A DNA stretch of 64,000 nucleotides from assembly GCA_965153355.1 (NCBI GenBank), contig OZ231126.1, forward strand, positions 46,686,001 to 46,750,000, read 5' to 3'. How positions within the stretch are numbered: position 1 is the stretch's first letter; each line of letters opens with the position of its first letter. This document shows positions 25,575 to 38,972 of this stretch, piece by piece. The DNA is from Flaccisagitta enflata (lineage: Eukaryota). The translations under genes and the position numbers were made by a program. Below the pieces are notes generated by a model, which had not been told where the DNA came from, did no database searches, and was given only the letters and a program-made list of their open reading frames with translations.

Positions 25575-26304
25575 TATCTATATTGACAGATTGATAAGAA
25601 TGTTGGTGATTTTACTAACTAATATATTCGACAAAAAACTGCCTCCAAAAAGAATCACATTTTATCCTCTTTACTGCCCAAATTCTGATACCATATTACG
25701 CGCTTGGGTAACGGTTATCGGCTTCCGAAGAATCGCTTATTTTTAGCTCGGTGGTCAAAAAAATCTCAGGCTGGGTATCGATTTCCCATGGGCACGGCAA
25801 GAGCAGCGAAGTATGAATATACTCGGGTGTGGATGTTGGGTCTTAAAAATAGCGCGAGTGGTTGAACTGTAAATTGGCGCCGATGTGGACAACGATGTGG
25901 GCGTCAGTTTGGGTGCCGATGTCACGCGGGGTAGCAATATCCTCGCGGAAAAGGGAACATCGGCGAAAAATGTGTGTTTTTAGATGCGTCCGTCAGGAAC
26001 GCATCTGTATAAGAGGGTCTGTCCGTCCGTCGGTCCGTCCGTCGGTCCGTCCGTCGGTACGTCGGTCCGTATGTCCGTCCGTTACGCGTTTCTCGGCTGT
26101 TTTTGACCACGATGAGATCCTAAACTGACTCAAATGATCGACAAACATGTTTTGAGAGCCTTATTAACTACTTTAGTCGTTTCATCTGCCTGTTTGTCCA
26201 TGCTTCTCTCCATATATGTCACATGTTCAATACACGCAGAAACACAGGCTGGACGCATCGTTGCCTGGTCGTGCTTTCCTCATGCTACATGCAAAATACA
26301 GAAG

Positions 26305-27266
26305 ACACAAGGCCGACACCTATAAGTCGCGTGCGGGACTTAGATTATTACTTGATTACCAAAAATTACTTATGATTACATGACCTATAACTACCTACAG
26401 TGAGTTGTAATTACCTATACCTATGATAACCTATAATTCCCTTTAAGATGATTATTATTTCCAATAATTACCTATCATTATCTATAATTGAACCTACGAC
26501 CTAAACTTGATTAACATTAGATATTGACCTATAAGAATCAATGAATACCTATTATGACCTATGATTACCTATATTTACGTATAACTGTCTGTACCTAATG
26601 ATCTATTGTTACCTATGACCTTTGGTTATCTTTTACATGATAACCTATAATTACCAATAATGACTTGATAAGACAAACTAGACTATAATGACCAAAATAA
26701 TAAAATCATAATCACCTAAATGACTTAATTTGACTCAAATTGACTGAAATTGACTTATTATGACTTCAAATGACTTCAATGACTAAAGTGAGTAAAATGA
26801 CTTTCATTGAACTTAATTGACTAAAAATAACTTAAAATGACTTCATTTGACTTATGTGGGCTAAATTGGCTTGAATTGACCTAAAATGACTAAAATGCCT
26901 TAAGTGACTGAAATGACTTAAATTGACTTACCATGACTTGAAATGACGTGAAATGACTTAAAGTGACTTAAATTGACTTAAATTGACTTAAAATGACCTG
27001 AATTGACGTGACTTTAATTGACATGAATTGACTTAAATTGACCTAAAATGACCTAAAATGACTAAAATGACTAAAATGGCTTAAATTGACTAATAATGAC
27101 TTGAATACTTAAAGTGACCTGATTTGACTTAAAATGACTTGATTGACTTAAAATGAGTTAGAAGGAATAAAATGAATAAAATTAAGTAAAATGTGACCAA
27201 CCAACCAACCAACCAACCGGCTGACCGACCGACGGACAAAGCGGGGTATAGAGTAGCGTAGCACAC
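26305..27266 (-). mobile_element. Family-1 HINE-like copy expanded by a degenerate 9-10-bp array (ATTACCTATA then AA(A/T)TGACTTA)
   Basis: ACAAGGCCG...AGTCGCGTGCGGG at left, (CCAA/CCGA)n plus CAAAGCGGGGTATAGAGTAGCGTAGCAC at right, array in between. Confidence 0.7.
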
Positions 27267-28840
27267 CCTTTACCCCTGCAACCGAAAAGCAACACAGCCG
27301 GACAAGTCAGTCCAGAATCGGGCATTCTATCTTGAGGCTTAGCGCGGTTTCTTTTTAAGTGTTTTTTTTTTTCAATCGGGTTGTTAATTATGGTAAGTGT
27401 GGTTAGCGGGTTAGGGGTGGGGATAGAGTTAGGGATGGAATTGGGGATGGGTTTTAACTTTTATGTATTACAGCCCGAGTCTGCTCGAAATAAAGCTTTG
27501 CCCTCGCGGAATTTTCGAGAAAAAAAACAAAACAAAACAAATGTGTAAAAATTTTCCTGAGTCCCGCTACCGCTAATTTCAGAGGTCCCTAGACATGAGA
27601 TAGAAACAGCAAGGCCGCGTGAGATAGCTTTTCGTCAGTGGTAGTAATACAAAAGTAATACGGCAGTGTTACGAATGGGAAAAACGATACCGAATTCTTC
27701 TTCGCTGTTGAATGCGAAAAGAAACCTTTTTTCGCGCTAAGCGAAGTCTCACGATCTCACTTTTACGCCAAAATCGCGAAGAGAAAGAAAAAGCTTGTCA
27801 CTTATCAGATTTTGCGCCCCAACACACCCTCATGATTTGTCATGATTTTGTGTAGCTGGCCCATGACAGAAATGGAAAGGAAGCGGAAGTGAAGCGAGGT
27901 CACAACATCGTTGCGGACGGGTGGGCAGGGGCATCCAACCCCCATCCACATCCCCATCCCAACCCCACACTCAAACATACACTAAAAGTACAGTATGATT
28001 GTTTTCGTTTGCAACATTTCGTGACAATATAATTCAAGAAGTTCACAAGATGATTGAATTCTGAAAAAAGTTCCTGAAAAGTCATGAAATTACATTTCAT
28101 AATATGCAACTCCTAGGATTTTTCAACTACAGGGTGTCACAAAATTTTTTGCTTCCTACGAGCAAAATTTCTCCAACTGTGTCTTCCTACTGAAAATGCG
28201 TATGATTATCGCAGTTCAGGATGCTCTTAGAATAGTATTAGTAAGTGAAGGGATGAGATGGTGAGGGGAGCAGCAGCCCCAGAAGGACCAATGACCTATG
28301 CATGTGCTGATGAGGAATTATAGAATTTGAAGAATTTTTTTACCTTTATGAAAGCACAGGTCTTGGGCTCAAATATGAGCCTTAAGACCTACATTTGAGC
28401 CCAAATGCTTGTGTTGATTGTCTAGACTGGCATTTGAGACTTATCACTGCCCCTTTTAACCCCCACGCGACTTTGGTAGCCCTGTATACGGCCTTGTTTT
28501 GATAAGTAACAGATAAGAGACATCATGATGAAATTTGTGGAAAAAAAAATGTAGTATTTAAAGTCACTTACACACAGTTTCACACCCTGCTCTGTCGGTC
28601 GGTCTGTCAGTAAGTTAGTACGTACATAGCTACATAATTTTTCTGAAATTTGGTTTTTTTAGTCCTTTGTAAGGAAAGGAAGGAAGGAAGGGAGGGAGGA
28701 AGGAAGGAAGCAATGGTAGGAAGGATGGTTTTTGAAGAAGGTAGGAAAGTGGACAAAAAGGGAGGAAGGAATAAGACGAAAAGAAAAGAAGGCAGGAAGG
28801 ATAGAAAGAAGGGAGGAAGGAGGGAAAGGATGAAGGAAGA

Positions 28841-29575
28841 AACAGGTCGCCCAAGGGCAATAAGTGGTCAGCGATACCCGTTGCCCTGCTTTGAGTGATT
28901 GTGAATTGGAGTGAGGGGAAGCAGGGCAGCGGCCCCGAAGGGGACGAAGTCCTGTAGAACACAGGGGGACTTTCGTTCGTCCTGCCTGAAGAAGAGGATG
29001 AGATGCGATAGAGGGCTGACTGAAGGCCTTCAAGAGCCTAAACTGAGGTCTAAGAAGGCTGATGTAAGGCCTGAGAATGCCAATTGGAAGCTTGAGAGGG
29101 CTGACTTGAGGCTTAAGAGAGCTGGATTAAGGCTTGATAGGTCAGAGGACTGATTTGAAGCCTGAGAGCAATAAATTGAGGCTTAGATAGCGGATTTGAG
29201 GCCTGAGAGGCCAGGCTTGAGGCCTGAGGATTTGGATTTGAGGCCTACGAAGCCTAATTTGAGGCCTGAGAGGCCAGGTTTGAGGCCCGAGAGGTTGGAT
29301 TTGAGGCCTGAGAGGCTGGATTTGAGGCCTGAGAGGCTGGATTTGAGGCCTGAGAAGCCAGATTTGAGGCCTGAGAGGCCAGATTTAAGGCCTGAGAGGC
29401 TGGATTTGAGGCCTGAGAGGCCAGATTTGAGGTCTAAGAGGCCAGATTTGAGGCCTGAGGAGCCTGATGGGGGGGACGAACGGACGAACGAACGAACGGA
29501 CGGACGGACGGACGAACGAAAGTCCCCCTGTGTTCTACAGGACTTCGTCCCCTTCGGGGTCGCTGCCCAAAAAAG
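28841..29575 (-). mobile_element. HINE-like family 2 with central tandem repeats. Other copies approximately at 4574-5068(-), 32385-33330(-, interrupted), 35303-35810(-), 39112-39690(+), 44485-45165(-), 52195-52602(+), 56437-56924(-), 57087-57614(+)
   Basis: subTIR GGGCAGCGGCCCC(G/A)AAGGG near both ends in inverted orientation, (GTCC/GTTC)n tract, internal 21-bp repeats (GATTTGAGGCCTGAGAGGCCA-like), conserved tail ...GGGCA..GGGTA.CGCTGACCA.... Confidence 0.75.
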
Positions 29576-31100
29576 GAAGGAAGGAAGGGAGGAAAGAGGA
29601 AGAGGCTAAAAAAAGACAAAAAAAAGAAAAAAAGTTTGTTTTCCTTCTGTATATCAAGCTCCTGCAATTGTTTTTTTGTTTTTCTCAGTACACAGTACAC
29701 CTACTACATAATTTTTTAAAAAGATTTTCAGAGAAGGATTAAGCCATGAGAAATAATACAGTGGTAGTTGTTTTACTGATAACTACCTCTCTTATTTCCT
29801 CCCTTCCTTCCCTTCTTCTTTCTAGGAAGGAAGGAAGGAAGGAAGGAAAGAAACAAGGAAGGAAGGAAAAAAAGGGAGGTGGAAAAGAATGGGAAGAAAA
29901 TAAAAGAAGGTTGAAGGGAAGGAAAGAAAGAAGAGGGGAAGGAAGGGAGGAAAGAAGAGAGGTAGTGATGGCTATCAGTAAAACAACTACCACCATATTA
30001 TTAGGCTACTAAAACGCGCCAACTCAGAGAAATTGAGAGAGAGAAAAAAGTTGTCAGAAATTTTAATGTCCCTCAACCCTAGCGTATCTGCTACAAAATT
30101 TAAGAAAATATCATTATTTTTATCAGACTTTGCTTGATTTATCACAGAGTCAGACCACAGTACTTTTTTTGGCGATGAAAATAGTGATGATTAACAGAAA
30201 TTAAAAAAATGCTAAGAAAATTTCGTTTTGACTGAAATCAGAGAACTGTGTGGCCATGTTCGCCCATACGCCTTGTAGATCAGGCTTTGCTGATTCTAAA
30301 TCTGTTTTTAAAAATCTCGTGCGATATGGCGGGAAATGGCGAGAGGTGAAACCGTGAACCCTTTTCATTAGAGGTAGGAGCATAAATATTGTCATAGAAT
30401 CGACGCGTAAAACTGACGCAGACGATTCATGCGTTGTTCCCGTTGCAACGTAATTTCATTTTTGTTTTTAGTCACGTGTTTCGCGACTCTACACCCCGCT
30501 TTGTCGGCCCGTCTGTCCATTGGTCCGTCTGTTGGTCCATTCGTCCGTCCATCACACTTTACTTTTTTTGTTTGTTTTTTTTTTGCGATTTTGGGCCTCA
30601 CTGCTCCTGCCAAAATGATGGAGTGACCTTAATTATGGCCCCTGCCCACCCGCACACGACTGGGGTAGCCGTGTATCCGGCCTTGTTCTTAAACTCTTTA
30701 TTGTAAGTTTGAAACAAAAAATAAGATATAGGCTCAGTACAATATCAATGGAACTGACTTTTATGGGGATTGCCAACGACAAGTTGTCCAAAGGAAGCAC
30801 GCCGATTTTTAGTTGCATGCTGGGCCGAGCGTGACACTGCGGTAAACCTCTATCCTGTGGACGTTGCAACAACGCCATTTTCCGCCACGTGGCGTAACGA
30901 TGCAATTCATTTCAATATCGTGTCGGGGACGGTACGGTATGGGACGGGTTCTCAATCATCATAAGTATCTGTATTTACTCATCTGTGGTTACAACTTCAA
31001 AAATACGCTAGACAACCTCACATTTTTAAGGAGGACATATCACTGATGGACAGATGGACTGATGGACTGATGGACAGACAGACAAGGAGATATAAGCAGG

Positions 31101-31180
<80 letters not shown>

Positions 31181-31598
31181 ATTCTACTTCTTTTCCCTCT
31201 TTTATTTCTTTTATTTCTTCTTTTTATTTCTTTTTTTCTTCCTTTTTTCTTCCTTTTTCATTTTTTTTAGTCATATGGTGGAGTAAGCTAGGTGCGCGTG
31301 AACCGTTATCGTACACAGACCGCTGCCCTCAGTCTTTGAAAGCAAATGCCCTCAAAGGTGCAGAAATGAACATCAAAAATCACGATCAATCATAAAACCA
31401 TTGAAAAAGATTTACAAAATGTCATGTGAATTAGGTGATTAAACACAGTTTTGGTTTTCTTATTGCAATAATGAATTTTTTTTCCAATGTTATATATTTC
31501 GTGGGGCAAAATAGAAATTGAAGTGAATTTACTCTTTCACCTACAGCGACGTCTTATTTTCTTTCAGACAGTCAGTTACCGCCCCTGCCCACCTGTAC

Positions 31599-33483
31599 TA
31601 GGTTGGACGAAGATCCACGATTTCGGAAATCTGTCTAGCTTATATCAGTGATGAGTTCAGAATCACGTACTAAGAGCTACTATCAAGTGTTAAGACCATG
31701 GAGTGGAAAAAATTGTGGTCGTGCCACCCTCCCCCCTTCACTCTTAGGCCCACCTTCTACCATGTGAATTTTCTCAATTTCTGATTGAATAATCTCCCGA
31801 AAAAGGGTCTAATACACTTGTCCCCTCCATCTCCTTGCGATACAAACACAGGGGTACCAGGGAAAGGATATGGAGTTGAAATAATGGGAGAAAGAGAACC
31901 CAAGCAGCCCTTAATAGGGCCCAAAAACCTCAACAAGGCCGGATACACGGCTACCCCAGTCGCGTGCGTGTGGGCAGGGGCCATAATTGAGGTCACTCCA
32001 TCATTTTGGCAGGAGCAGTGAGGCCAAAAACCGCAAAACCCCAAAAAAAGTAAAGTGTGACGGACGGACCGACGGACGGACGGACCGACAAAGCGGGGTG
32101 TAGAGTCGCGTAGCACGCGACTAAAAATTGAATTGAAGATGTTTAAAATGAGCAATATTCTTTTTTTCTGTTCTGTGGTACCTTAGCACTACATTTACTG
32201 ATCAGTTCTTTTCAGCAATTGTTGGGGTGCGTTTCTAAGAGCCTCTCATAGGGCCTTGAAACTAAAAAAAATGGATTCTCCATGCAATTTTGTGCAGGAA
32301 TGGCTTTTTGTGGGCACCTTCAATGATTTTTTTAACTAGCTTTCTCAAATCTTGCGTGTCAAGGGTAAGAACAAGTAAGAATGAGAACAGGTCGCCCAAG
32401 GGTGGTCAGCGATACCCGTTGCCCTGCTTCGCATGATTGTGAATTGGAGTGAGGGGAAGCAGGGCAGCGGCCCCGAAGGGGACTTAGGGCTAGCATAACA
32501 AGAGTTCATGCAAAGTCATAGGAAAGTTCTCTATCAGAGGGATATGACTCAAAATCATGTACATACTACATAGATAAACCAACACAAAAATTTGACCCTG
32601 GGACCTCTAAAAATTACCGCCGCCACCCCCCCTCATTTCCCATAGAAAATGTACAGGAAGGATTTTTACCTATGTTTTATTATGGGAAAGGGGGCAGGTG
32701 ACGGCGCCAATTTTTAGGGAATCTAAGACTAAATTTTTTTCATAGACCATCTTTAAACATGATTTTGGGCCATATCCCTCTGATAGAGAACTTTTCCATG
32801 AAATCTCATTAATTGTTGTTATGCTACTTAGGGCGTGTTTCTACTGAAGATGAAAAACGCGTTCGTTCCAATTGAACGTGTTTACAGCGTGAACACACAT
32901 TCAAGAATTTCAACTGTCCCACAAGGGAGTGAGTGAAGTGAGTGAGCGAGATTGTGAACGGAGCAAGCGAGCGAAGCAAAGCAGAGCGCTGTGGAGCGAG
33001 TGAGCGGAGTGGGTGGTGCGAGCGAACAAACGAAAGTAGAGAACAAACAGCCCATTAAAAACGCGATTGTCTCTTACTAGAAATGCCCCTAAAGTCCTTT
33101 AGAATATTGGGGACTTTCATTGGTCCGTCTGTTTGTTCATTTGTCCATCTGTCCGTCTGTCTGTCTGTCCGTCCATCTCCCCAGGCCCTCTCAGGCCTGA
33201 AATCTGATCTCTCAGGGCTGAAATCTACCTCAGGCCTGAAATCTGCCCTTTCATGCCGTGAATCTAAGAAGGCAGATCTAAGGCTGGAGAGGGCCTGAGA
33301 GAGCAGATTTCAGACCTGAGAGAGCATATTTTCTGGTTTCTAGAGAAGGGGGGGGTGGCACGACCACAGTTCTTCTTACTCTGTGGCCCTAAAACTTTAT
33401 AGAATTTCCTTGTACACGTCCCTGAACGCCTCACTTACACAAGCAAGACAGATTTCCGAGATCGTGGTTCTTCGTCCAACCTA
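31599..33483. mobile_element. hAT-like non-autonomous element, 8-bp TSD (ACCTGTAC/ACCCGTAC)
   Basis: TAGGTTGGACGAAGA ... TCTTCGTCCAACCTA with about 140 bp of inverted similarity; TSD has one mismatch. Confidence 0.8.
32491..32826. mobile_element. hAT-like fold-back MITE, perfect 8-bp TSD CTTAGGGC
   Basis: TAGCATAACAA ... TTGTTATGCTA; CTTAGGGC at 32483-32490 and 32827-32834. Confidence 0.85.
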
Positions 33484-36400
33484 ACCCGTACATGACAATA
33501 TTTGCTGTTTATTTGGCCCTAATGCAGAGTTTAAACGCGCCCCTATAAAGGGTTCAATTAAGTCTCGGTCAGTGTCTGTTTTGTGTCTCTGTCTGTCTCT
33601 GCCTGTCTGTCTGTGTCTGTCTATCTGTGTTTGTTTGTCCTTAACTGTCTGTCTCTGACTGTCTGTCTCTGACTGTCTGTCTCTCTCTGTCTCTCTTTCT
33701 CTCTCTGATGAAGCATGTTTTGACCTATCAAAAGACGTTTTAGATTTCGTGCAAAATGAGACCATTACACTCATGTTTCGACTCTCTAGCAATCTCACTC
33801 GTGCCAGCGTGTCAGCCAGTATCGTAATTAGTCACCTGGCATGATTTTACTGTGCGGGCGCTCATATTAACGCATTTTGAAACTCGGTATGGCCTAATTT
33901 TTTCGAGGAAAAAAAAGTGCCAGAAAACCATTGGTGGATTCCAGTCACATTCAGTTACATAGGGGCCATGAAAATTATCCAAAGTGTCATTGATGGTTCT
34001 AATTATCAAAATACATGTAATTACGAGTCAATCCATGTGCGCATAAGGATTTTTGACCATTTTAGCCGTTTTCGATTGAGTACCCTAATATTATTTCTCA
34101 TGGCTCATTCTTCCTCTGAAAATCTTTTAAAAAACTTGTGTAGTAGGTGTACTGTGTACTGAGAAAAACAAAAAACAGTTGCAGGAGCTTGATATACAAA
34201 AGGAAAACAAACTTTTTTTTGTCTTTTTTCTAGCCTCTTCCTCTTTATCTTCCTTTCATCCCTCCTTCCTTCCTTCCTTCCTTCCCCCTCTCTTTCTCTT
34301 TCTTCCTTCCTTTCTTCCTTCCTTCCTTCCTTTCTTCCTTTATTCCTTCTTTCCTTCCTTCTTCCTTTTCCTTTTTCTCTCCCTTCTCCTTCCCTTCCTA
34401 CCAGCCTAGCTAGCTTCCTACGAGCGCCGCTCGCGTGCTCGGGCACTTTGTGACACCCTGCAATTTCAAGGAAATTTAACCTTCTTATACTTAAGGAACT
34501 GTAAAACAAGCCTTATGTCATAGGTAATTTCATCATGAAATATTTGGATAGTTTTTCTTTAAATTGCTCTCGTTCCCAAAGGGTTTGATCTACAGATGCC
34601 AAGTTGGTCTCAAGTGAACAATGGTTAGATGTAGTTTTAGAAAATGAATAGAAGGAAACATTTCTTTCTAAAAAAGAATTCAAAACAATGCAGCAATTTG
34701 AATTTTAAATGAAATTTTGCTTTATACTTCTTCACATATCAGAGGGTTTCAATTTTTCAAAAAAAAAAAAAATTCTGGGAGTTATTTGTCATAAAATGTA
34801 ATTTCTTAATCTTTCAGGAACTTTTTTTGGAATTCAATTATCTTGATAACTTTTTGAATTACATCGTCATGAAATGTTGCAAACAAAAACAATCATACTG
34901 TATCCAAAACGATCATTTTTCCACTTTTCGACTCGATCATCACAGACCGACGGACCAACGGACCAATGGACCGACGGACGGACAAAGCCTCTTATAGAGT
35001 TGCGTGTCCGCAATTAGGAAATGGCAAAGAAAGGAACAATCCTAATCGGGCAACTTGATGCCTCATCCACGTAGCGTTCTATAGAAGGTGATGATGGGGT
35101 AAAATGGGTTACCTGGGGTAAAATGGGTCACCCATTTATTCATATTTTGCAAAGTTTCTGTTTTCATCAATACCTAGACACGCTAAACCTTCCTTAACTA
35201 TCATGATCGGCAATAATTTTCTCAGATTCTGCTACAAAAAGTGTATGACCCATTTTACCCCACTCTACCCTATGCTTCAAGTCACTGTTGCGGTCAAAAC
35301 TCAACAAGTCATCTAAGGATCGCACATGGTCAGCGGTACCCGATGCCCTGCTTGGAGTGATTGGCTGAAGAAGTGGAGTGAGAGCAGGGCAGCGGCCTCA
35401 AAGGATCGATGTCCTGTAGGACACAGGGGTGAACTTCCATACGTCCTGAGAGGGCATATTTGAGGCCTTAGTAGCAATTTTCCATGATATTCAATGGGAA
35501 TTTTGCATTTTTTCTAATTTCTTGTCAATTTGCCATGTTATTCAATGGAAATTTTACATTTTTCTTAGTTTTCATCAATATTCCATGTTATTCAATGGGA
35601 TACATGCATTTTTTTGCTTTTTTGTAAATTTTCCATGTTATTCAATGGGAAGTTTGCATTTTGACAATTTCCCATGTTATCCGATGGGAATTTGAGGCTT
35701 GGAAAACTTCGGGGGGGGGGGGAGGGGGATGGGAGGACGGATGGACGGACGTATGGATATTCACCACTGTGTCCTACAGGACATCGGCCCTTTGGGGCCG
35801 CTGCCCAGCAAAGCATACACCTACACATCTTTTGAAAACAAAGCCGGATACACGAGCCTGGTGTCATTAATTCTTAGACCTATCCTAAGTTCTAACGGAC
35901 CTAACCGTAGATGGATATGATTTTACGATAACCGACCGACAGACAGAGCCTCTAATGTAAAGGCCTCTCATAGACGTCTCACGTCTATCATCCAAAAATT
36001 AAAGTTGCCTTTCCTAATTTGTTCCGCGTATGGCCATGGGAAGGAGAAAAAAAGGCATAAAACTAAATGGGGTAAAAATTACGGTAAATGGTCGCGTTGA
36101 GTCTTCGCGCGGGCGGAAAATCGAATCTTGAGTCCACTGAGTCGTTGCTTTACGCCCTACTTCACTTCAAAGACTCCTTTTTCGCTCTGAAAGAAAATAA
36201 CTGACCTTAACTTAGCCATCCACCTCGATTTTATACGTTTCCATACCTACTTCCCAGTGCAGTGTCTACGTCTATACGCCCTACGCCAATCGCAATCGCA
36301 ATCGCAATCCAAGCTCAGCCTCTCCCCCTGCTTTTTACATGTAACGCACGTTCTCCTTAGCCCCATGGTAACTCTCCCCCCCCTATATCAAATACTCAAT

Positions 36401-36666
36401 AAACCCAATCCATCCCTCTAAGAATAAGTCTTATTACTTAACCTCACACTCTTCTTTTTACTTGAAACTTCAACACCAAGTTCATTTTCCCCATCCTAAT
36501 CTCAATCACTAAATCAACCCTTGTCCTTGTCCTCAACCATCAATGGCCATCGCCCCTGCAAAGATGGAAGCTTTTTTCCTTTTTTCAAATCAGACAACCT
36601 GCCGTTTTTTATGCTATGCCTACGCACGCTTGACTGCCACTCGTCATTAGCTGACAAGCGTGTATA

Positions 36667-36980
36667 CAGTCAGTGGAAATAACATAATAGGTATATATAT
36701 ATATATCATATCAGCTTTGATCCAATTTACTGAAGATAAACAAAATCTTGTATGCAACAACTGGTTGTTGAAATTACAGCCGGCAGTAATCTTACAAAAT
36801 TGGAGCATTACAGCCGGCTGTAATTCAAACAACCAATTATTCTAAACAAGATTTAGTTCTTTACAGCCGGCTGTTATTTCAACATTTGATTGTTGCTAAT
36901 GATATTTTGTTTATGAACAGTAAGTTAGTTAAAAGTCAACGATATGATATATATACCTATTATGTTTTGTCCATTGACTG
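36667..36980. mobile_element. Tc1/mariner-type MITE with internal TACAGCCGGCTGTA palindromes
   Basis: TA|CAGTCAGTGGA...TCCATTGACTG|TA; ACAGCCGGC motif near 36776, 36810 and 36863. Confidence 0.8.
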
Positions 36981-37033
36981 TATAGCACTGAAAAAGTGCT
37001 GCACACTTAGAGATTCTCCCGTTGTTTTTTCAG

Positions 37034-37206
37034 GACGTTGCTCTCTTATGGAACGCTGCGCTGCTTTCAGTTCCTGTGCAGCACATGAGGGCCCTTCAGT
37101 TTATCAGTCGGTCTTCCTCTTATTCATTTGCTCATTTTCCAGGGCCGTGCGTTGGACGATTGTTCGATCGGTCACGCATTCGCTCGGCGCACGTTTTGGC
37201 ATATTG
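37034..37206 (+). CDS. Candidate coding exon, product unknown
   Basis: Non-repetitive, higher-GC island with acceptor gttgttttttcag and donor TG|gtaatt; open in two frames; a second acceptor at 37143. Confidence 0.3.
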
Positions 37207-38152
37207 GTAATTTTTTTCAAACAAATTTGACAGCTTTTGTTATGTTGCCAAAACAGTGCCATAACAGTTGTCAGGACTGACAGGAAGTGCTGTTTTAGGG
37301 AAAAAGGGATCTCATGCATTTCCGCAATTTCTGCTTTTTAGTTGCGGACACGCAACTGTGTAAGAGGCTTGGTCCGTCCGTCCCTCGGTCCGTCAGCACG
37401 AGTCGAAAAGTGGAAAAACAAGCGTTTTAGAACATTCTTAGTTGCGGACAGTTGCATTTCCGCCCCTGCCCACCCGTCCGCAACTGATGGCCGTGTATCC
37501 GGCCTCGTTGTATTAAGAGTGACCCAGGAATGAATAAAGCAGAAATCCACGAGGCAATTTTTTTTTGCGTTCTCTATTGTGATGCACCAGATTTGCAATT
37601 GGCAATTTTTTTGTCGGCCGAAAATGCAAACGCGGTGAAAAAAGAAGGTCGCGAAAACACCGCCTGGCTTTATCTGCTTGTCGCTGTTCCCGTTTCTGCC
37701 TCCGTCTTACGGTCTTCTCTCTCTCTCTCTCTCTCTCTGTAACAATACTTTTCTATAAATCAAACTTTCTTCTTTGTCACTTCCTATACCCCGTGAATAA
37801 GTATTGACAAAGGGAAAATCAACTTTTAGTCACGACGGGGCTCGGCTTTGCTCTCATTTTCCCCACAGGCTATTGTACTGAGAATCCGACCGCGCCCCCA
37901 TTCCGCCGCGGCCGTGATGTTGTCATTCGTATCGAGGCAACGCGTGGGCTTACGCGTAATCCAGACCCAGTCACGCCCGTGGGACATAAAACTTAATTCA
38001 CATTCACAATTTTATTCTGTACACAAAATTCTGATGACGGTGAAGAATTAAATTACGCATAACAAAAGGGGAGATGATGTTTGTCGGCTATGGATGGGCA
38101 AGACGCTCTACATTGAACAACTCCCGCCCCCTCCCACCAAGTGCCCCCACAT

Positions 38153-38972
38153 TCGGATGTGTCAATATGCAAAAGTATTTTAGATCATATCATGGACATC
38201 AGGGAATGTAAACAAAAGAATTCTTAGACTTTTAGCGTTTTTGTTTTTTTCAGATTTCATTCATCTTCCGTTTTTTTTAGCGCAAGAAAAGATTGACAAA
38301 AATATACATACTTCCAGCATCCGCACCTAGATGTGGTGAAAGTAAGACACATACCGTATTTTTTCTAAAAAGCGCCCCGGGCGCTTTTGAAATTGAAATA
38401 AAGCTTGGCTTGGCTCCAATTATCGCCCCCTTTATATTGTAGATGACTGTCATTCAGTCTATCTTTCTCATGAAAGGCTACCAAAATGCTAGATTTGACT
38501 CAAAATAGAGATATTCCTTGAACATATCGGTTTGAAAATCTTTGAAACTCGCTTATTGTGTTGTTTTACTTTTTTTTGAAAAGTATAACACTAAGAAAAA
38601 AAGAGGGGGGCGCTTTTTGGAGGGGCGGGGTGCTTTATAGAAAAAAAAACGGTAGTTTCTACAGAAAAGATTAGTTTTTGTCTTTTTCTATAGATTTCGT
38701 GGTAAATGAACAACATTATCTTAGTTATAACTAGAGTAAGCACTAACATATATATATGTGAAAACCTGATTATATTCCTGAGCAATAATGCTGATACAGA
38801 ATCATCAACACAACAATATACAAATTAGCAGCTAGAAAGGGGTTTTGAAAAAAAATGGAAGATAAATGAAATTTGACAAAATAAAAACATTAAAGGTCTT
38901 AAAATTTACTACCTAATGCTGTCTGATGTTGATGGTCTCATTAAAAAACCTTTTGTGTATTGACACACCCGA
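38153..38972. mobile_element. Mutator/MULE-like MITE, perfect 9-bp TSD CCCCCACAT
   Basis: TCGGATGTGTCAATA ... TATTGACACACCCGA; CCCCCACAT at 38144-38152 and 38973-38981. Confidence 0.8.
38354..38652. mobile_element. Tc1/mariner (pogo-like) MITE nested in the MULE-like element
   Basis: TA|CCGTATTTTTTCTA ... TAGAAAAAAAAACGG|TA. Confidence 0.75.

Larger units (their letters stand above)
28130..34460. mobile_element. Inner TIR element (CAGGGTGTCACA...TGTGACACCCTG) with long subterminal inverted blocks
   Basis: 12-bp terminal inverted repeat; 29610-29758 is the inverted counterpart of 34087-34230; a related left end occurs at 62281. TSD not clear. Confidence 0.55.
27991..34900. mobile_element. 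Tc1/mariner-type TIR element expanded to 6.9 kb by nested insertions; interrupts a HINE
   Basis: TA|CAGTATGATTGTTTT ... AAAACAATCATACTG|TA with over 100 bp of inverted similarity. Flanks 27890-27990 and 34903-35017 are the two halves of one minus-strand HINE-like element. Confidence 0.75.

Noticed and set aside
29196-29609. RPERLDL-repeat ORF
   Set aside because: Translation of the 21-bp central tandem repeat of a family-2 HINE-like element.
30813-30931. Candidate exon which, joined to 37034, reads ...IHFNIVSGTDVALL..., reminiscent of the molybdopterin-oxidoreductase 'I.PGTDVALL' motif
   Set aside because: The match is short and depends on an assumed splice; the segment sits inside nested transposons, and its acceptor resembles a HINE 5' end. 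Likely chance unless RNA junctions or a profile search support it.
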